The position numbers and the translations under genes are program-made. The notes beneath the pieces were generated by a model. That model had not been told where the DNA came from. It saw nothing but the letters and a program-made list of their open reading frames with translations, and did no database searches. A stretch of DNA of 64,000 bases from Candidatus Omnitrophota bacterium (lineage in GTDB: Bacteria; Omnitrophota; Gorgyraeia; Zapsychrales; Fredricksoniimonadaceae), in NCBI GenBank assembly GCA_903908245.1, contig CAIVRE010000007.1, forward strand, positions 4,984 to 68,983, given 5' to 3'. Below, one piece after another: positions 41,201 through 48,749 of the stretch; the stretch's first letter is position 1; each line of letters begins with the position of its first letter.

Positions 41201-42595
41201 GGGGCTCTTTCGCCGGGCCGGGACCTTGTGGTGGAGCGCTCCTTTGTTTTTGGCAGTACCGGCCAAGACCGGGGCGATACCTATAAAGTCGTCCAGGACA
41301 AGGATGGCAAGAAGCTGGAGACGGCTTATACGCGCAAGCTGTCCGACACCCAGGCCCAGCGTTCCGCTTCGAATATTTTCGGCCTGACGGGGGATGTGAA
41401 TGACCGGGTGGCGGCCAATGCGTCGCTGGAGCAGGGGATCGTTCAGGGCATTGACGGGTCGTTATATCATCGCACGGCTATTACCGGCGGGTTTGGTTAC
41501 GTGGAGAAGGATGAGGAGGGTAAGGAAAAGATCAAAAGTTCCACCAAGGCCGAGCTGCGTATCGATCGTGGTACGCAGGACAAGCAGCAGATCGTTCTTT
41601 ATCAGGATGCCCAGGGCAAGGTCAGTGATGAGATGACGCTTTCCGCCAAATTCCAGTATTCGCAGACCAAGGACCGGACGCTTAATAAAGTCGAGGCCCA
41701 GTACAAGGAGATCATGCTGGGTACGGCTTACCGTCCTATTATGGATGACAAGCTGAATCTTTTCGCGAAGTATACCTATAAAGAGAATCAGGGGCCGGCA
41801 GGGCAGGTCAATATCAGCGATATCGAGCAGACGAAAATGCAGGTCTTTTCCGCGGAAGGCGCGTATGATCTGACGGAAGACTGGCAGCTTGTCGAGAAAA
41901 TGGCTTTCCGTATAATGGAAGAAAAGGTGACGGGTTTCGAGTTCAGCAGGACGCATACCTGGCTGCTGGTGAATCGCGCGAATTACCGGTTGGGCCAGGA
42001 CTGGAAGATCGGGGCGGAGTATCGTATTCTCGCGGTGCAGGAAGCCCAGGACCGCAAGAGCGGATACCTGGTTGAGGCTGTGCGCAGCCTTAATGATAAT
42101 GTCGAGTTGGGAGTCGGGTATAATTTCACGGATTTTGTGGATGACCTGACCAATTTAAGCTATACGGTGCAGGGGCCGTATGTCAGGATGACCGGCAAGC
42201 TTTATGACCGTACTCCCGAGGAGCGCGCCCTGGCCCGTCAGAAGTGGCTGGACCATCGTATCGAATTGTATGCCTGGAAGATGGTTAATACCGAGTTTAC
42301 CCGCAAGGACAGCCCTGTGGTGTTGGAGATGAATGCGATGTACCGGGAGGCCCAGGCGGCCAACCAGCGCGGCCAGTACGAGCAGTCGCGCAAGCTCTAT
42401 AAAGATGTTATCCTGGCCACCCAGATCATGTTCGAGGAGGCGGCGAATTTTGTGCGCAAGCATATTTCGTTTGAAGAGAAACTTTTCAATGCGGCGCAAC
42501 GTGCCAAGGAATATTATGACAAAGGCGAACTTTGGGCGGCCAAGAAACTTTGGGAGAAAATTGTGGAAGAAGCCGAACGCTCTATGTTACAATAA
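32258..42595 (+). CDS. giant (3445 aa) cell-surface protein: signal-anchor, three diverged beta-helix-like modules, DUF11 domain, long beta-rich C-terminal region, helical tail
   Basis: Single uninterrupted ORF of 10.3 kb in the local coding frame. Contains a recurring motif NWxFGxxTIxWDGSxxTDWNxxxNWNLGIVP (x3), a DQVISGDTSF(Y/F)(D/E)F(V/I)KQVP motif in the second and third modules only (the first has the diverged GGDQVISGSTTFNNLTKVL), and a DUF11-like segment (IGEVVTYTVTIENLSDQNTV...). The C-terminal ~1100 aa has alternating polar/aromatic beta-strand texture. Confidence 0.8.
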   Translation: MPQGSFIKNFGQSAANFFFFTGAFFLVVFAAWGAGITVPQNSQLKLNTGKLNLKLDNNSGHVNNAGVIQMTTGEIKLNGNWTTTTASGYILGGSGTVEFAADAGTQYIVPGANSNDTFGDVVHSGSAAVELVAHPIKIGGSFNNNVGTFKTNNLNMTVGRDWNNPAFPAFISGSATVNLDGGDQVISGSTTFNNLTKVLTAAGNHSLTFPSGKEQKVSRLLTLRGFGGTGKLFLGSSTNTTQAFLTLQNSGVQDIHTVHVRDNNAGNGLVLVARGVDSSDLGNNFHWLFGAVTVKWDGSEDNDWNNPFNWDVGLVPGELDTAIIRVFDEDTGLPIVREPVLSGGISPVTGLAITNRVGNLIIRPGATLKLDGRDMTIDGGFTNDGTVILDGMVMVGGVRTETLTAGSMVDNGTFMYYGRPGMKSTIDLTQSFLIGGNYLTTFNNLVINEQVSGPFESDTFVTGVPLTISHAMTLDAGAFTIGPGSTLFVQGSLTANGGTFTISEAVSVTGDTNISGASVVIASNTATLTDLRDLNVSSGTLNALQGNIRANSVNISGGTLLAPGPGQSFAISADFTHLPAGIFTHDNGTVTFDALSNAANTDQVISGDTSFYDFVKQVPDAAFVGQTQRLTLAETSTQTVGNYLTLTGGVDLLLIRSTTTTGVAGNLKLVTNAGQTIRNVDVENNAATGLTLVGRGLSRRTGNNTPNWEFGSATITWDGSESTDWNEQRNWNLGIIPLPNDNVVVTNGATVDFQPVLSSDVTVGELTLFVPSATLHLAGFNMTVHNTITSSGTLSNEGVIFLRGTERVSIDTPDTDSGMFVYQGDNNPGVKQITVLGPNTFYNLKINDLNGNPSNFTLTTDMTIHGSLTVDGGTMTSSGYSIDLGGSFVLSSGTFMAPGTGKTLFVGGNFTHTGGAFIHNDGTVVFDAPASVPLNDQVISGDTSFFEFIKQVPVTAAPLQQLTFADASLQSVLGKLVLQGASLANPLLIRSSLAGTAAYLKLEVGGRQTISAVDVKDSNASGVTLVARNSPDHFDIPPSNFYNNTNWVFGVPVIRWDGSASTDWGDPLNWNLGIVPISGDAVVIRSIDPLSIPPGQQIMNQPQLTALSGAVSPGSMTLDSGTTLTLNGFGLTVQDTLTNNGNIIAQGGEPIAIHFPDTQHGTFTYTGVPGGTVALNKFDPAHTAIEYYNLVLTDNGVANLFQSQGDVHVFGNLTVSSGSLDVSTGSDSLKIDGNMLIASGTTVNALNGAIDLQGSVSINGRLSAPITNHSFTVGGSWSLDPVTGIFEHNSGRVTFDTSNATTLTGNTVFFDLAIESNSGKKVFFQAGSTQTILDSLGMVGGGAGKIILRSTQEGTQWTLLLSYINNADATIIPNTLVRFVDVKDSIATGPLGLAVRPTYITAINSIDQPSVLPNQGWKFMQLTLIAPVDERVVGVRPVLIGQAFPEEAYTVKDKGGVVVASGTADSHGYFRTELTADLPLGANQLTPYYLSVPGISSDLTIDAAPVPAQVPVITSPSVSVRLSGNRPTFTGVAKPNTLVYVVANNYTISNNNTIDMPLTLPLESAAGVGMSDAAGNFSIQLTTALKRGQNTISVVADGVSSAINTYSLNDIYGYLFDSATNNTIRGARVYLYKLDGNGQRIPVVRGLDIALLEADQPNPVLTNDAGLFEIRVINFDPTVRYVLDVQELGYTFPTAIKDNSLLPAGRLIITGSRGEAFSLLTDSVRLDLPVDANQFLFKVTKDANKAEARIGEVVTYTVTIENLSDQNTVLETRLNDIIPPGFKYMSGRVHFVDGTPIEASGARPVVFKVGAFTARQIKAMKYQLVIGAGVAPGDYENTAFMKYDNGSLISNRAHQTVKVVMDPLFDAGTVFGKVFWDLNENGRQDAPEYDYENRQEIIEGPVPNVHIVMEDGTSIAADKNGQFHVPALLPGRHVIMVDQRSLPKGAFLTTDKALVIDVTAGMVVKANFGVNMGNGQIVGEDVRFFDKNLKVDQTPDHLTPLLNVDMFERELWLHLDTIIKPVELRMFMNYAPFISSWKLDIVDKQTKKLVREFNGTRYNINDPVFWDGRDLSGRFVRIDRNYTYLLKVQDSKGVWDETKEKDIALRVLTDIEFEALSKKTEEEKTKESEARDKEYRAWQLAQGSADHTSQRNIFVRGETLTIDPEETDIRQVRVLKNGELFIDLPVPERQALTARGLLSGEAVQSRPVQVILPDGDYELEVVSADTGEVAAVAAGGGRVSPVKGTSAPDTSSLASASGVPALDGNASSRNNKVSQYRRPIKVGDDYMTFVAMGDGKVGYNVDRGNIEPVQSVDKFRPGFYREGKMAYYLKGKVKGKYLLTSSFDTERRQKEMFRSIKPDQYYPVYGDSSTVNYDATNTQGNLYLMLEWDKSQAVWGNYAVDFNDTEFAKYSRTLYGGKVDYTSVANNPYGDAKTRVATFHAEVRQRSAHNEFLGTGGSLYYLKHQGVVVGTAKVRLEVRDAVTGLVRSTTEMKDGVDYDIDNSQGRILFWQPVAMSADSGRIISNQLLKGDPVYVVTDYEYEVKDKMQEATQGVRVAQAVGENVVVGGTYVTETQAGGNYQLKGEDITVHVGKDTKIKAEYAATQSQDSSSYVSTDGGITFSDLVVGNLSSGKAYGMSQDSRLFDRLGLKSYYKWIENNFATASTSSQQGKAMSGLGMTFDLTPVTRLTASYDVQKLIQQGNLQTTMQVGAQETATTVLQLAHDARRLRITSEYRRQEVTNKDDRYVSESNQVQNTFALQAEYDLDEKTKLTSKYQVDPTGKASKAGEITTGITRQLTDKLSATVAEAFGTAGNSTKIGATLNVTPKIATTVEESFGTAGKTSRVGAVANITPNMALTTDYQTAQAAGGVTTQTRTTSLVGKEQIGAKTNIQTNYSMVQADNGPTKTVVGVNADSEVKLDDAILKAGVKVQADDKTVSVLSQGAGIDASKTDKAGHTTTSSVKVDETPAAGKTTTVTLGDKGALSPGRDLVVERSFVFGSTGQDRGDTYKVVQDKDGKKLETAYTRKLSDTQAQRSASNIFGLTGDVNDRVAANASLEQGIVQGIDGSLYHRTAITGGFGYVEKDEEGKEKIKSSTKAELRIDRGTQDKQQIVLYQDAQGKVSDEMTLSAKFQYSQTKDRTLNKVEAQYKEIMLGTAYRPIMDDKLNLFAKYTYKENQGPAGQVNISDIEQTKMQVFSAEGAYDLTEDWQLVEKMAFRIMEEKVTGFEFSRTHTWLLVNRANYRLGQDWKIGAEYRILAVQEAQDRKSGYLVEAVRSLNDNVELGVGYNFTDFVDDLTNLSYTVQGPYVRMTGKLYDRTPEERALARQKWLDHRIELYAWKMVNTEFTRKDSPVVLEMNAMYREAQAANQRGQYEQSRKLYKDVILATQIMFEEAANFVRKHISFEEKLFNAAQRAKEYYDKGELWAAKKLWEKIVEEAERSMLQ
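32800..36200 (+). repeat. three tandem diverged ~1.0-1.26 kb coding modules inside the giant gene
   Basis: Module landmarks are at ~32804/34061/35061 (DQVISG...) and ~33111/34372/35391 (NWxFG...WDGS...DWN...NWNLG). Copies 2 and 3 are ~80% identical at nucleotide level in these blocks. Confidence 0.7.
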
Positions 42596-42654
42596 TCACA
42601 ATTAATCAATATAAATCAATTAATATAAGGTCCACGACGACGTTTATCTCCTTG

Positions 42655-45600
42655 ATGAAGAAGCCTGCCTATATACTACTTTTTCTGTTGTCTGCTTGTT
42701 TCCTCCCTTTAAAGGGCATTTATGCCCAACCCCCTGCTGAAGGGGAGCCTTCCGTGCTGGCTGATGGGCAACCGTCTGTCCTCAAAGAAGATAAAGCCCA
42801 GTCGAATTATGTTTACGACCTTAAAGTCCTGATTCAGAAGTCGCGTGAGAATATCAAGAATGTGAATGAAAAGATCAAGGACCAGGCTGTCAAGAAGCGC
42901 AATCAGCAGCGGGAAGAGAAGGCGCGCGAGTATTTCCTTCAGGCCCAGAAGCTGGCCGATGAGGGCCGGCTGGAAGAATCCCGTCAGTTGTATGCGAAAG
43001 CCATCAGCATTACCGAACATCCGGAGATGAAATACTTTATTAAGGAAAGCGAGCATCGCGCCAAGCTTCAGAAAGCCGCGCTTTCCAAGGAAGAAAGCGA
43101 ACAGCAGCGCCGGACCGAAGAGGATGAGAAGACGGCGTTCGAGCGTGTTGAGAACATGTATCAGGGGGCGGTGTCCCTTTACAAGCAGCAGCGTTTTAAG
43201 GAAGCCAAGGAGGAGTTTCAGACGGTTGAAGAAGTTTTCCCTGATTACAAGGCGGTCCGCAGTTATCTGCAGATCATCGAACAGGATATTGTCCAGGCGG
43301 AACGGCAGGGCATCAAAGATCAGCAGAAAGAGATCGAGTCGCAGCAGAAGGAAAGCGAGATCGCCCGTCTTCGTGAGAAGGAGTTATGGCGTAAAGAGAT
43401 CGACCGCAAGGAAGAAGACCGCAAGCGGCAGGTCCAGAAGCAGGCGCAGGGTGTTTACGATGAGGCGATCAAGCTTTATCAGGACCGCAAGTACATGGCG
43501 GCCAAGGAGAAGTTCCAGGAAGTGGAGTGGGTCATTCCGGATTTCAAGTCTACGCGTTCGTATTTGCAGCGTATCGAACGGGATCTGGAAGTGGATAAGG
43601 AGCGCGTTACGCAGGAGCGTCAACAGACTGTCGGGAAGCAGCGCTGGGAGGAGACTCTTTCCCAGAAGAAGGCCGAGGAGGAGCGCAAGAAAGCCGAGAG
43701 CATGCGCGAGCGCCAGAAGCTTGAGGGAAAGAAGGACCAGGCCGAGTTCGTGTATCAGTCGGCGATCGCCCTTTTTAACAAGGATCAATACCCGGTGGCC
43801 CGTGAGCGGTTCGATGAAGTCGAGAATATTTATCCGGATTACCGTTCGACCCGGGATTATCTTAAACGTATTGATGAAATGATGAAATCCCAGATAGCGC
43901 GGGATGAAGGGTTGCGCAGGACAGCGACCGAGCAAAAGGTCTTTGAAGAAGAAAGCGCCAAGCGCAAGGAAGAAAAAGAGAGGTTCAAGAAGTTGACGGA
44001 CGAAGCGGATTCTATTTATGCCGAGGCGTTCGAACTTTATAAGATGGGCCGGCTGATCGAAGCCAAGGAGAAATTCCTGGATGTTGACAAGCGTGTCCCG
44101 GATTATAAATCCACGCGCAGTTATTTGAGCCGCATTGATGCGGATATCGAGGCGATGGTGGCGGCAAACCGCAAGGAAGGGAACCTGGCCGCCCAGCAAG
44201 AACAGCTGACGCGCCTGAAAGAACTGCGGGATAAAGCGGATATGGCGTATAACGAAGCGGTCCTGGCGTATGATAACAAGAACTATACCGACGCCAAAGC
44301 AAAATTCCTGGAAGTTGAAAGCATATATCCGAATTATAAAAAAGCCGGGACTTATTTGTCCCGTATCGATGATGATATCGCTTCGCGTCAGAAAGAGGAA
44401 GAGCGCAGGGAAAAGGAGAAGCAGGTCGAAGGGGTTTATGCGCAGGCGTTGGTCGCTTATCAGAATGAGGAGTTTGAAGAATCCAAGGCCAAGTTCATCG
44501 AAGTGGTGTCGCTGGTCCCTGATTATAAGCAGACATCGTTTTATCTGGAGCGCATTGATGATGATGTGATCCGTCACAAACAGAAAGCCCTGGATGACGC
44601 GCAGGAGCGCCAGGCAGAGACACTTTATAATCAGGCCGTTGCCTTATATCAGGCGGGCCAGTATTCCGAGGCCAAGGATAAATTCCTTCAACTTGAGTCT
44701 GTGTATTCAAATTACAAGGATGCTGTCAAGGTTTTCGCCAATATCGATGCGGATATCCAGCGCAAAGCGCTCGAGGATGAGCAGAAAGCAAAGGCCGCCC
44801 GTGCGGAAGTATTGTATCAGCAGTCGCTGGCTTTGTATCAGGCGCAGGATTATACAGCGGCCAAGGAGAAGTTCATCCTGACGGAAGTGGTTTACCCTGA
44901 TTATAAGGATACTCCGAAGTATCTTTTGTCGATCAATAGTGATATTAAGAAGAAGGCGGAAGATCTGGAGCAGAGAAGAAAGGCCGATGAGGCCGAACCT
45001 TTATATGTTCAGGCCCTGGCGCTTTATAAAGAGCAGGATTTTGAGGCCGCAAAGAAGAAGTTCCTCCAGGTTCAGATGGCTTGTCCAGGATACAAGGAAA
45101 CAGAGCGTTATCTTGCCCGGGTCGATGAGGATATCCGTCTTTTGCAGTCCAGGCTGGCCAAGGAAGACCGGTTGAGCAAGGCCGAGGGTTTGTATGCGCA
45201 GGCGATGAGCCTTTATTCGGAGACAAAATTCGAGGAAGCCAAGGGCAAGTTCCAGGAGGTCGCCGCCCTGGAAAGCAACTATCGTAATGTGAGGGCTTAT
45301 CTGGCCCGTATTGATAGTGATATACGCAATGAACAGGCGCGTTTGGCCCGGATCGAGCAGGAACAGCTGGCCGAGCCTTATTACGCGGAGGCTGTTGCGC
45401 TTTATCATGACGGGAAGTTCGAGGAGTCTAAACCGAAGTTCGAGAAAGTGATCAGGATCCTTCCGGATTACAAGAAGGCCAGGTTTTATTTTACGCGCAT
45501 TGATAATGATATCCGTTCCCAGAAGCAGGAAGAGGTCCGTCAGCGTCAGGAGCAGGCGGAAGCGGCGTATCGTGAAGCCGCGTTCCTTTCACGCAACGGG

Positions 45601-48600
45601 GATGACACCAAGGCGTATCAGAAATACAGTGAAGTTGAAACGATCTATCCTGATTTTAAAGCGACGCGAAAAGCGTTGAAAGATTTAAAGGAAGGGTTGA
45701 TCCAGAAAAGCATAGTTCTTCCCAAAAAAGTGTTGGCTGTCGCGCCTGTCGTTACGTCTGAGCCTGTCAGGACGGGTGAAGAGGAGGTCCTTGCGCTTTA
45801 TAAAGAAGGGGTCAGCCTTTATAAAGATAAAAAGTACGCGCAGGCCAAGGACAAGTTCGAAGGGGTTGAGCGGCTTCGTTCAGGGTACCGTTCCACAGAA
45901 AGATATTTGAAGAATATCGCGGTGGAGTTGCCTGGTCCCGGTGAAGGGGCCAAGCCCAAGGAGGTTTTGGCCCAAACGCCGGTCCTTTCCGGAAATTCGC
46001 GTCAGATTTACGATCAGGAGGTCACGGCGGCCGAGCCGCTTTATAAGGCTGCGCTTGAGCTGTACAGATCGGCCCGATACGAGGAGGCGCGTGTCAAGTT
46101 CCATGAGGTTGAAGCGGTATCCCGGGATTATAAATCGACGCGTGAATATTTATTGTTGATCGCGAAGGTGAAGGGCGGTCCGAGCCCGGTGGTGGATCAG
46201 CAACTGGTCCAGGAGTCAAGGACCGTTGCGGACCTTTCGCAGAAGTCCGGGCTTTTATACAGCCAGATCCGCGCGTTGGCGGATGATAAAGATCTTGCTG
46301 CTGCGGCAAAAACATTTTCCAAGATCGACAAGATCGTCGAAAGCCTGGAACAAGAGAAAAAAAGGCTGGCGCGGACGATCGAGCGCGGAGAAAAAGAGGC
46401 GCGTGAGCGGGCTGGACGTATCAAGGCGGTTGAGAAAGAAGAGGCCCGTTCTGTCGAAAAAAGCGCGGCGGTTCATCAGCAGGACTTAAAGCAGAAGCAG
46501 GTAGAGAAGAAGGATGAGGAGGAGCGTGCGCGTCAGGCGGTTGCGATGAAGGAGCAGCAGGACTTAAAGCGCAAGGAACGGGCCCGGTTGGCTCAGGTGC
46601 AAGAAATGGAAAGGGAAAACGCTCTTAAAGCCGAAGTTTTGTATCGGCAGGGGCTGGGTAAGCTTAATGACAAGAATTATGCACTGGCCAAAGAGCGCTT
46701 TATGGATGCGCAGAAGGTGCTGCCCGGATATAAGGATACGGATCAGTTGCTCGTCAGGATCGATAAGGTCGAGGGTGAGCAGAAATTGCTTGAGCAGGAG
46801 AATGTTGACCACGGCAAGATCGCAACGATCGCGGAGAAAGCGAATGCCGTTAATCTTGAAGCCTTGGCGCTTTCTACCGCCAAGAATTTTACTGATCTTC
46901 AGAAAAAGTTCGATGAATTGAGTTCCTTATTAAAAGATATCCAGGCGATCAAGGCGCAGATGCTGGCGCGTCGTGAAGGGTTCCGTGTGGAGTGGGAGAC
47001 CAAGCTTGCCGCTTCCCGGGCAAGGTCTGCGGTTCCCAGGCCGATCAAGGATGCGAAGGCCATGGTTGAGGGGCGTACTGCGCGCCAGCAGGCTGAGGGT
47101 TTTTATAAGGAAGGGGAAGTATTCTATCATGCCGGGCAATACGCGGAAGCGCGTGTAAAGTTCCGGGATGCTTTTTCCGCGGACCCGACATTTAAAGCGG
47201 CGTATACTTTTTCGTTGAGGGTTGACCGCATTCTGGAGCGCCGGGATTTCGAAGAGCAACAGGACCGGGGGAACAGGGAGCGCCGTCATTTTGAGGACAA
47301 GCAGGAAGGAAAAGAACATCCGGCTTCGGTCGATGATCTGCAGATGCCGGATCCGGCCCGGGCGAAGGAGGTCTTTGGGGAAGGCATTGCGCTTTATAAG
47401 GCGAAGAGTTACAAGGAAGCGCGGATCAAGTTCGAAGAGCTTATGAAGGTCGGGGATGATTCCCAGCGGTCGAAAGCCAGGCGTTATCTCGGCTTGATCG
47501 AGTCCGGGATCGAAAAGGCCCGGCAGGAAATGGAGAAGGAAAGAACCAGGGAAGAAGCGCGTTATCTTGAGGCCAAACGCATGGAGATCCGCATGGCCTG
47601 GGAAAAAGATAAAGGGTTACAGGCTCAGCAGCTGGCGGATTCTTCTGCTTCAAACCAGCGAGGTCAGGAGGTCGCTGTTGAGCGGCAGGTGCTTTTAAGG
47701 TCTATTGAACAGGAGAATGACGCGCAACGGAAGAAGATGCTGGCGGAAAAGCTTCGCCAGAAGGATATTGCAGAGAGGCAGACTTTAACGGAATGGGGTA
47801 AGGTCAGGAAGATCGCGGCGCATCAGGATGTCAAGATGGATGTAAAAGCGCCGGCCATGCCCGATAAGGTTGATGCGGGCAAGCTTTTGTTGGTTCCGGC
47901 GAAAAAAGTGGAACCGGTGCCCAGGAAAGAGAAATCTGTGCCCGTTGATGAGGGGAAATCGCCTGTGCAGGAAGTGAAGGTTGCGGTGGCAGTGGCGGCG
48001 ACGGATGTGAAGACCGAGGCCAGGTCCCGGGAGAAGCTTGCGGCCAGTAGTATGAAGAAAAAGCCGTTGCTGGTCACGGCGACGGATAGCCGTGAAGATG
48101 CTAAATTCCAGCGGCTGATCACACGGGAGAAAGCCCTTGAGGCAAGGGAAACAGAGCGCAAGCGGCTGATCATGGAGCAGGAGCACCGCTCCAGGGAGCT
48201 TGAGAAAATGCGGCTTGAGGAAAAGAAGCAGCGTGCGCTGGACAATCAGAATCGTCGAGAGCAGAGAGGGGGCAAGGCCGTGGTTGTGTCTGTTCCCGGG
48301 AAGCCCGAAGTGGGTGTTCAGGTTCCCGTTGCGGCGGTTCCGGTTGTTTTGGCGCCACCTCTTAAGGGAGCAGGATCTTTTGATGTGTATAAGGTTGCGG
48401 CCAATGAAGAAAAACGCCGTCTTGAAGAACAGCGGTCCGCGATCGTGCATGATTTTGAGGTCGGCGTTGAGCGTTTGTATGTGGAAGCCCAGGACCTTTA
48501 CACGAAACATGCGTATGAAGAATCAAAGGCTGATTTTGATCAGATCAATGAACTGAGCAAAGGTTATAAGAGAACAGAGCAGTATTTGACGCTGATCAAT

Positions 48601-48738
48601 AAAGAATTGGCAAAAGCTTCGTATAAACAAAAGACAGTTGCTGTTCCTTTCCCGGGTTCTTCCGCGATAAAGGCTGATGGCCGTCAACAGGCAGTTTCCC
48701 AAATGCTTGACCAGGCTGAGTCGGGTGCCGTGAAGTAA
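42655..48738 (+). CDS. 2027-aa predicted lipoprotein composed of ~20 tandem helical repeats (unrecognised repeat family) plus a highly charged coiled-coil C-terminal half
   Basis: ATG 42655 gives the signal peptide MKKPAYILLFLLSACFLPLKG (possible lipobox LSAC). A 62-100-aa unit recurs: '(A)E.LY.QA..LYK...Y.EAK.KF.EVE..(Y/F)PDYK.TR.YL.RID.DI' followed by a K/E/R/Q-rich linker. The ORF-track start at 42532 overlaps the giant gene. Confidence 0.8.
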   Translation: MKKPAYILLFLLSACFLPLKGIYAQPPAEGEPSVLADGQPSVLKEDKAQSNYVYDLKVLIQKSRENIKNVNEKIKDQAVKKRNQQREEKAREYFLQAQKLADEGRLEESRQLYAKAISITEHPEMKYFIKESEHRAKLQKAALSKEESEQQRRTEEDEKTAFERVENMYQGAVSLYKQQRFKEAKEEFQTVEEVFPDYKAVRSYLQIIEQDIVQAERQGIKDQQKEIESQQKESEIARLREKELWRKEIDRKEEDRKRQVQKQAQGVYDEAIKLYQDRKYMAAKEKFQEVEWVIPDFKSTRSYLQRIERDLEVDKERVTQERQQTVGKQRWEETLSQKKAEEERKKAESMRERQKLEGKKDQAEFVYQSAIALFNKDQYPVARERFDEVENIYPDYRSTRDYLKRIDEMMKSQIARDEGLRRTATEQKVFEEESAKRKEEKERFKKLTDEADSIYAEAFELYKMGRLIEAKEKFLDVDKRVPDYKSTRSYLSRIDADIEAMVAANRKEGNLAAQQEQLTRLKELRDKADMAYNEAVLAYDNKNYTDAKAKFLEVESIYPNYKKAGTYLSRIDDDIASRQKEEERREKEKQVEGVYAQALVAYQNEEFEESKAKFIEVVSLVPDYKQTSFYLERIDDDVIRHKQKALDDAQERQAETLYNQAVALYQAGQYSEAKDKFLQLESVYSNYKDAVKVFANIDADIQRKALEDEQKAKAARAEVLYQQSLALYQAQDYTAAKEKFILTEVVYPDYKDTPKYLLSINSDIKKKAEDLEQRRKADEAEPLYVQALALYKEQDFEAAKKKFLQVQMACPGYKETERYLARVDEDIRLLQSRLAKEDRLSKAEGLYAQAMSLYSETKFEEAKGKFQEVAALESNYRNVRAYLARIDSDIRNEQARLARIEQEQLAEPYYAEAVALYHDGKFEESKPKFEKVIRILPDYKKARFYFTRIDNDIRSQKQEEVRQRQEQAEAAYREAAFLSRNGDDTKAYQKYSEVETIYPDFKATRKALKDLKEGLIQKSIVLPKKVLAVAPVVTSEPVRTGEEEVLALYKEGVSLYKDKKYAQAKDKFEGVERLRSGYRSTERYLKNIAVELPGPGEGAKPKEVLAQTPVLSGNSRQIYDQEVTAAEPLYKAALELYRSARYEEARVKFHEVEAVSRDYKSTREYLLLIAKVKGGPSPVVDQQLVQESRTVADLSQKSGLLYSQIRALADDKDLAAAAKTFSKIDKIVESLEQEKKRLARTIERGEKEARERAGRIKAVEKEEARSVEKSAAVHQQDLKQKQVEKKDEEERARQAVAMKEQQDLKRKERARLAQVQEMERENALKAEVLYRQGLGKLNDKNYALAKERFMDAQKVLPGYKDTDQLLVRIDKVEGEQKLLEQENVDHGKIATIAEKANAVNLEALALSTAKNFTDLQKKFDELSSLLKDIQAIKAQMLARREGFRVEWETKLAASRARSAVPRPIKDAKAMVEGRTARQQAEGFYKEGEVFYHAGQYAEARVKFRDAFSADPTFKAAYTFSLRVDRILERRDFEEQQDRGNRERRHFEDKQEGKEHPASVDDLQMPDPARAKEVFGEGIALYKAKSYKEARIKFEELMKVGDDSQRSKARRYLGLIESGIEKARQEMEKERTREEARYLEAKRMEIRMAWEKDKGLQAQQLADSSASNQRGQEVAVERQVLLRSIEQENDAQRKKMLAEKLRQKDIAERQTLTEWGKVRKIAAHQDVKMDVKAPAMPDKVDAGKLLLVPAKKVEPVPRKEKSVPVDEGKSPVQEVKVAVAVAATDVKTEARSREKLAASSMKKKPLLVTATDSREDAKFQRLITREKALEARETERKRLIMEQEHRSRELEKMRLEEKKQRALDNQNRREQRGGKAVVVSVPGKPEVGVQVPVAAVPVVLAPPLKGAGSFDVYKVAANEEKRRLEEQRSAIVHDFEVGVERLYVEAQDLYTKHAYEESKADFDQINELSKGYKRTEQYLTLINKELAKASYKQKTVAVPFPGSSAIKADGRQQAVSQMLDQAESGAVK
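42950..47520 (+). repeat. tandem array of ~19 coding repeats (period 190-300 nt), with one more degenerate copy at ~48440-48610
   Basis: Repeated ...PDYK(S/A/Q/D)T(R/S)xYLxRIDxDI... blocks seen, e.g. at ~43240, 43540, 43840, 44100, 44330, 44520, 44710, 44890, 45080, 45270, 45460, 45650. Confidence 0.7.
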
Positions 48739-48749
48739 GGGGAAAAATA

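Noticed and set aside
40247-41266. 339-aa ORF on the - strand inside the giant gene
   Set aside because: Antisense to the giant-protein ORF and Arg-rich low complexity. No motifs.
43384-44577. 397-aa ORF on the - strand inside the repeat lipoprotein gene
   Set aside because: Antisense to the tandem-repeat coding region. Its own repetitiveness is a mirror of the sense repeats.
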